Origin: Synechococcus sp. A15-28 | GTDB lineage: Bacteria; Cyanobacteriota; Cyanobacteriia; PCC-6307; Cyanobiaceae | Reading direction: 5' to 3' | Assembly (NCBI RefSeq): GCF_014280175.1 | Contig: NZ_CP047931.1 | Coordinates: forward strand, 480,001 to 512,000 | DNA length: 32,000 bases | Part shown: piece after piece, positions 28,747-32,000 of the stretch | Layout: every line of letters begins with the position of its first letter | Numbering within the stretch: the first letter of the stretch is position 1 | Program-made: the position numbers and the translations under genes | Notes under the pieces: generated by a model | Database searches by the model: none | What the model saw: only the letters and a program-made list of their open reading frames with translations | Told to the model about the DNA's origin: nothing

Positions 28747-29300
28747 CAGTGCAGGGGCAGGGATGGCCCGGCGCGCCGGGCTTCGAAGCAGACCCGACCG
28801 ATCAGGGCTTCGATGGCACTGGCGGGCAGGCAGAGCCGTTCCTGCAGGTCGGCGAGGTTCTCAAACCCGGCGCGGCGCCGCTCCCGCAGCAGGCCCTGCA
28901 GACGCTGTTCAGGCCAGCTGAGGACTTGCAACTCCTCGGCGCTGGCGTTGTTGAGATCCAGCGGCGCGGCTGCGGGTTGCGGGGGAGCATCGCCATGCCA
29001 GTGCACGATCAGATGGGGCTCCCAGCGGCGGCATTGCTCCGCCGGCAGCTCCAGCAGCTGGAACAGCTCCTCCACCGAGCTGAACTGCACCCCACCCCGC
29101 TGCAGGCGCAAGAGCAGATCCGCGGTGTCCTCACTGCAGCCGGGCAGCTGCAACCACTGCTCGCGGCTGGCGCGGTTCACCTCGATCGTCCAGGCCAGTG
29201 GGGCTGCTGGGGGAGGCGTCGCTGCAGGCGCTGTCGGCAACTGACCGGCGGCCTGCAGCACCCGCCGGGCCAGGGGGTCCAACCAGTGGCGGCGCGGCAT
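28746..29300 (-). CDS. helix-hairpin-helix (ComEA-like) protein
   Basis: Two HhH-like segments: VNRASREQWLQLPGCSEDTADLLLRLQRGG and LDLNNASAEELQVLSWPEQRLQGLLRERRRAG. Confidence 0.7.
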   Translation of the reverse strand: MPRRHWLDPLARRVLQAAGQLPTAPAATPPPAAPLAWTIEVNRASREQWLQLPGCSEDTADLLLRLQRGGVQFSSVEELFQLLELPAEQCRRWEPHLIVHWHGDAPPQPAAAPLDLNNASAEELQVLSWPEQRLQGLLRERRRAGFENLADLQERLCLPASAIEALIGRVCFEARRAGPSLPLH

Positions 29301-29355
29301 CGGGCGGATCAGGGCGCAAAGCGTGGGCTGACCCTACCCAGCACGCCGGGGTGCG

Positions 29356-29688
29356 TCACTGCTGCAGCTGCTTCACCAATGCTTTGCAGCCGCCCTGATT
29401 GGCGATGTACGCCTTCATCAGGTCACTGAACTCCGGCTGGGAGGTCACCGCATCGCGCTCCTCGTCGCTGATGCCGTCCGTGGCGATGAAGGCCTTGGCG
29501 ATGGCCAGGGCTTCATCGGCGGACATCGTTTCGGTTTCGATCAGGCAGTGGGCATTGCCCTGGGCGATGGTGACGCTGATGGTGTTGGCATCGAGTTCCG
29601 CCCTGGCTGGGCTGGCCAGGAGGCTGCTCAGGGGCAAGGCGCAGATCAGCAGCTGTCTCAGCCTGATGAAGGGGTGCGCAGGGGTCAT
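29356..29688 (-). CDS. small secreted hypothetical protein (110 aa)
   Basis: Signal peptide LLICALPLSSLLASPARA then an acidic domain with two Cys; ATGA overlap with upstream regulator gene. Confidence 0.7.
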   Translation of the reverse strand: MTPAHPFIRLRQLLICALPLSSLLASPARAELDANTISVTIAQGNAHCLIETETMSADEALAIAKAFIATDGISDEERDAVTSQPEFSDLMKAYIANQGGCKALVKQLQQ

Positions 29689-30410
29689 GGGGTCCAGCGG
29701 GGCAGACGGGCCGGCAGGTCCACCAGATCATTGCGGAAGGCGATCAGCATGGCCTGGCTGCGATCGCGGGCGTCGAGTTTGCACAGCACGGCGGTGACGC
29801 TGTGCTTCACGGTGTCGATGGAAAGGTTGAGTTGGTCGGCGATCTCCTGGTTGCTGAAGCCGCGGCAGATGCCGCGCAGCACGTCCTCCTCCCGCAGGGT
29901 CAGACCCGGGTTGAGGCGGCGGCCACTGGGGCTGAGCCGGCTGTGGCGCAGCACGCCTGCGATCACCGGGTCAATGTAGATGGCGTCGCTGTCGATGGCC
30001 TGCAGCGCCTTGAGCAGATGGCCTTTGCCCACCAGATCGCGGCTGCAGAGCCCTTGGCAGCCGGCGGCTGTGGCGGCTTCGATCGTGCTGCGCAGTGGCC
30101 GCTGGATCAGCATCAAGCAGATCAGCTGCGGTTGCAGGGCTCGGGCCTGCTGCACCAGAGAGGAACCATCACCGCTCTCCAGCAGATCACTGCAGATCAA
30201 CAGATCCGCTGGGGTGTGCTCCAGGCAGGAGAGGGCGTCGGCTTCGCTGGTGGTGACCCCGACCAGCGGACCGATGGTGTCGAACAGGGCCACGACGCTG
30301 GTGATCAGCACCCGGTCGGCGCTGGCGATCAGGCAGCGCCGGCGTCTGAGCTCGGAACGGCTGCGCTGCAGCGTTTCACGCATGGCCGGCAGCTGAGCGG
30401 TGAGGTTCAA
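29685..30410 (-). CDS. LuxR/NarL-family response regulator-like transcription factor
   Basis: C-terminal HTH LTLREEDVLRGICRGFSNQEIADQLNLSIDTVKHSVTAVLCKLDARDRSQA; N-terminal receiver-like fold. Confidence 0.88.
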   Translation of the reverse strand: MNLTAQLPAMRETLQRSRSELRRRRCLIASADRVLITSVVALFDTIGPLVGVTTSEADALSCLEHTPADLLICSDLLESGDGSSLVQQARALQPQLICLMLIQRPLRSTIEAATAAGCQGLCSRDLVGKGHLLKALQAIDSDAIYIDPVIAGVLRHSRLSPSGRRLNPGLTLREEDVLRGICRGFSNQEIADQLNLSIDTVKHSVTAVLCKLDARDRSQAMLIAFRNDLVDLPARLPRWTP

Positions 30411-30518
30411 CGGTGGTGATGAACAGGCCTAAAGCAATGGTGGGCATTGGGTAAAACCGCACTGCCATCGAACACAGGAAGTCTGCAGAATTTCACTCAA
30501 CAGACGACACGGGAGTGA

Positions 30519-30851
30519 ATGGCATTTTTCGATTCCGACATCGTTCAGGACGAAGCCAAGCGCCTGTTCGGTGACTATCAGCAGCTGATGCAGCTGGGCA
30601 GTGAATACGGCAAGTTCGACCGGGAGGGCAAGAAGAAGTTCATCGAGACGATGGAGGAGCTGATGGGTCGCTACCGGGTGTTCATGAAACGCTTCGAGCT
30701 GTCGGAGGACTTCCAGGCCAAGCTCACCGTTGAGCAGCTGCGAACGCAGCTGGGGCAGTTCGGCATCACCCCGGAGCAGATGTTTGAGCAGATGAACGCC
30801 ACCCTGGAGCGGATGAAGGCCCAGATCGAGCTGCCGCCTTCAGGCACCTGA
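30519..30851 (+). CDS. DUF1825 family protein
   Basis: MAFFDSDIVQDEAKRLFGDYQQLMQLGSEYGKFDREGKKKFIETMEELMGRYRVFMKRFELSEDFQAKLTVEQLRTQL; typical cyanobacterial small protein. Confidence 0.88.
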   Translation: MAFFDSDIVQDEAKRLFGDYQQLMQLGSEYGKFDREGKKKFIETMEELMGRYRVFMKRFELSEDFQAKLTVEQLRTQLGQFGITPEQMFEQMNATLERMKAQIELPPSGT

Positions 30852-30890
30852 GTCACCCGTACGATCGCGGGCGCACGCCAACAGCGCCCC

Positions 30891-32000
30891 ATGCCGGAGT
30901 CCACCCCGTCGTTGCCGGATTGGCTGTCCCGGGGCATGGCCGACCTGTTTCCGGCCGGGGATCCCAGCGATGCGGATCAGGCTCTGGCCGCACGCCTGGT
31001 GCAGGCAGAGAAAGAGGGCCGGCCGCTGCGGGTGAAGCTGGGCATCGACCCCACCGGCAGCAACATTCACCTGGGCCACAGCATCCTGTTCCGCAAGCTG
31101 CGAGCCTTTCAGGACGCGGGTCACACAGCGGTGCTGATCATCGGCGATTTCACCGCGCGGATCGGGGATCCCACCGGCAAGAGCGCCACGCGGGTGCAGC
31201 TGAGCAAGGAGGACGTGGCCGCCAACGCCTCCACTTACCTGCGTCAGCTGGGGCAAGACCAATCGAAAGAGACGGCGCTGCTGGATTTCGAAACCCCCGG
31301 CCGCCTTGAGGTGCGATACAACTCTGAGTGGCTGGAGGGGATGGACCTGCCGGCGGTGATCGGCCTGCTGGGCACCGGCACGGTGGGCCAGATGCTGGCC
31401 AAGGACGACTTCTCCAAGCGCTATGGAAGCGGCACCCCGATTGCCCTGCATGAATTCCTCTACCCGCTGCTGCAGGGCTACGACTCGGTGGCGGTGAACG
31501 CCGATGTGGAGCTGGGGGGCACCGATCAGAAGTTCAACGTGGCCATGGGCCGCGACCTGCAGCGCCATTTCGACAAGGGCACCCAGTTCGGCCTGCTGCT
31601 CCCGATCCTGGTGGGTCTGGATGGGGTGCAGAAGATGAGCAAGAGCCTCGGCAACGTGGTGGGGCTGGAGGAGGATCCGCTCTCGATGTACTCCAAGCTG
31701 GAGAAGGTCGGCGATGGGGCGATCAACGACTACGTCACGTTGCTGACGGATCTCGATCTGTCGGCGTTGCCGGAGAACCCTCGCGAAAAGCAGAAGGCGA
31801 TGGCCCTGGCGGTGACCGCCAGCCGCCATGGGATAGAGGCGGCCGAGAAGGCCCAGGCCGATGCCGCCAGCCTGGTGGGCGGTGCCGGTGATGCGGCGGC
31901 GGAGGTGCCGGAGGCGTCGCTGGCGGAGGTGAACTTCCCGGCCAAGGCCTTTTATCTGCTCAGTGCCGTGGGCATCTGCGCCAGCAGCAGCGAGGCCCGC
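30891..32000 (+). CDS. tyrS: tyrosyl-tRNA synthetase, truncated by the window edge
   Basis: Open to the edge, absent from the ORF track; [74 protein letters not shown]. Confidence 0.96.
   Translation, partial: MPESTPSLPDWLSRGMADLFPAGDPSDADQALAARLVQAEKEGRPLRVKLGIDPTGSNIHLGHSILFRKLRAFQDAGHTAVLIIGDFTARIGDPTGKSATRVQLSKEDVAANASTYLRQLGQDQSKETALLDFETPGRLEVRYNSEWLEGMDLPAVIGLLGTGTVGQMLAKDDFSKRYGSGTPIALHEFLYPLLQGYDSVAVNADVELGGTDQKFNVAMGRDLQRHFDKGTQFGLLLPILVGLDGVQKMSKSLGNVVGLEEDPLSMYSKLEKVGDGAINDYVTLLTDLDLSALPENPREKQKAMALAVTASRHGIEAAEKAQADAASLVGGAGDAAAEVPEASLAEVNFPAKAFYLLSAVGICASSSEAR

Noticed and set aside
28240-29244. 334-aa and overlapping 240-aa plus-strand ORFs opposite the GIY-YIG/HhH genes
   Set aside because: Overlap two real minus-strand genes; low-complexity residue composition
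30840-31829. 329-aa minus-strand ORF
   Set aside because: Antisense of tyrS, whose KMSKS and [10 protein letters not shown] motifs are unambiguous
1-32000. Search for CRISPR arrays, tRNA/rRNA, transposases, toxin-antitoxin pairs or phage genes
   Set aside because: By eye I found no regularly spaced direct repeats, no tRNA-like cloverleaf with T-arm consensus in the intergenic gaps, and no mobile-element protein; tRNAscan-SE, Infernal and minCED would be the decisive checks

Overview
This 32 kb window is a gene-dense, GC-rich piece of a picocyanobacterial chromosome. From gene content (psbV, plant-type ferredoxin, a complete kaiABC, NblS-type kinase, DUF1825) I infer a marine Synechococcus/Cyanobium-like organism. 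I read about 37 protein-coding genes and found no tRNA, rRNA, CRISPR array, transposase or integrase. Main blocks are serA-prmA-petF; psbV/rnz/SpoIID/nagB-like; a Nif11-like small ORF, yebC and truB; rpmA-rplU divergent from kaiA-kaiB-kaiC; nblS-purD on the opposite strand, convergent with kaiC; purC-bamA/omp85-lpxC-fabZ-lpxA-lpxB-msrA; pepA with a coupled membrane protein; a compact minus-strand set (HEXXH protein, GIY-YIG-like, helix-hairpin-helix); a LuxR/NarL-type regulator coupled to a small secreted protein; and DUF1825 followed by tyrS, which runs off the right edge. Most of the window is conserved housekeeping DNA. I found no convincing new multi-gene defence or mobile system. The items most worth a second look are the orphan Nif11-like peptide, the 4-bp tail-to-tail overlap of kaiC and nblS, the tandem dyads in the rplU/kaiA divergent region, the AT-rich intergenic block upstream of a 63-aa ORF, two very short hydrophobic ORFs absent from the supplied ORF track, and the coupled secreted protein/degenerate-receiver regulator pair.
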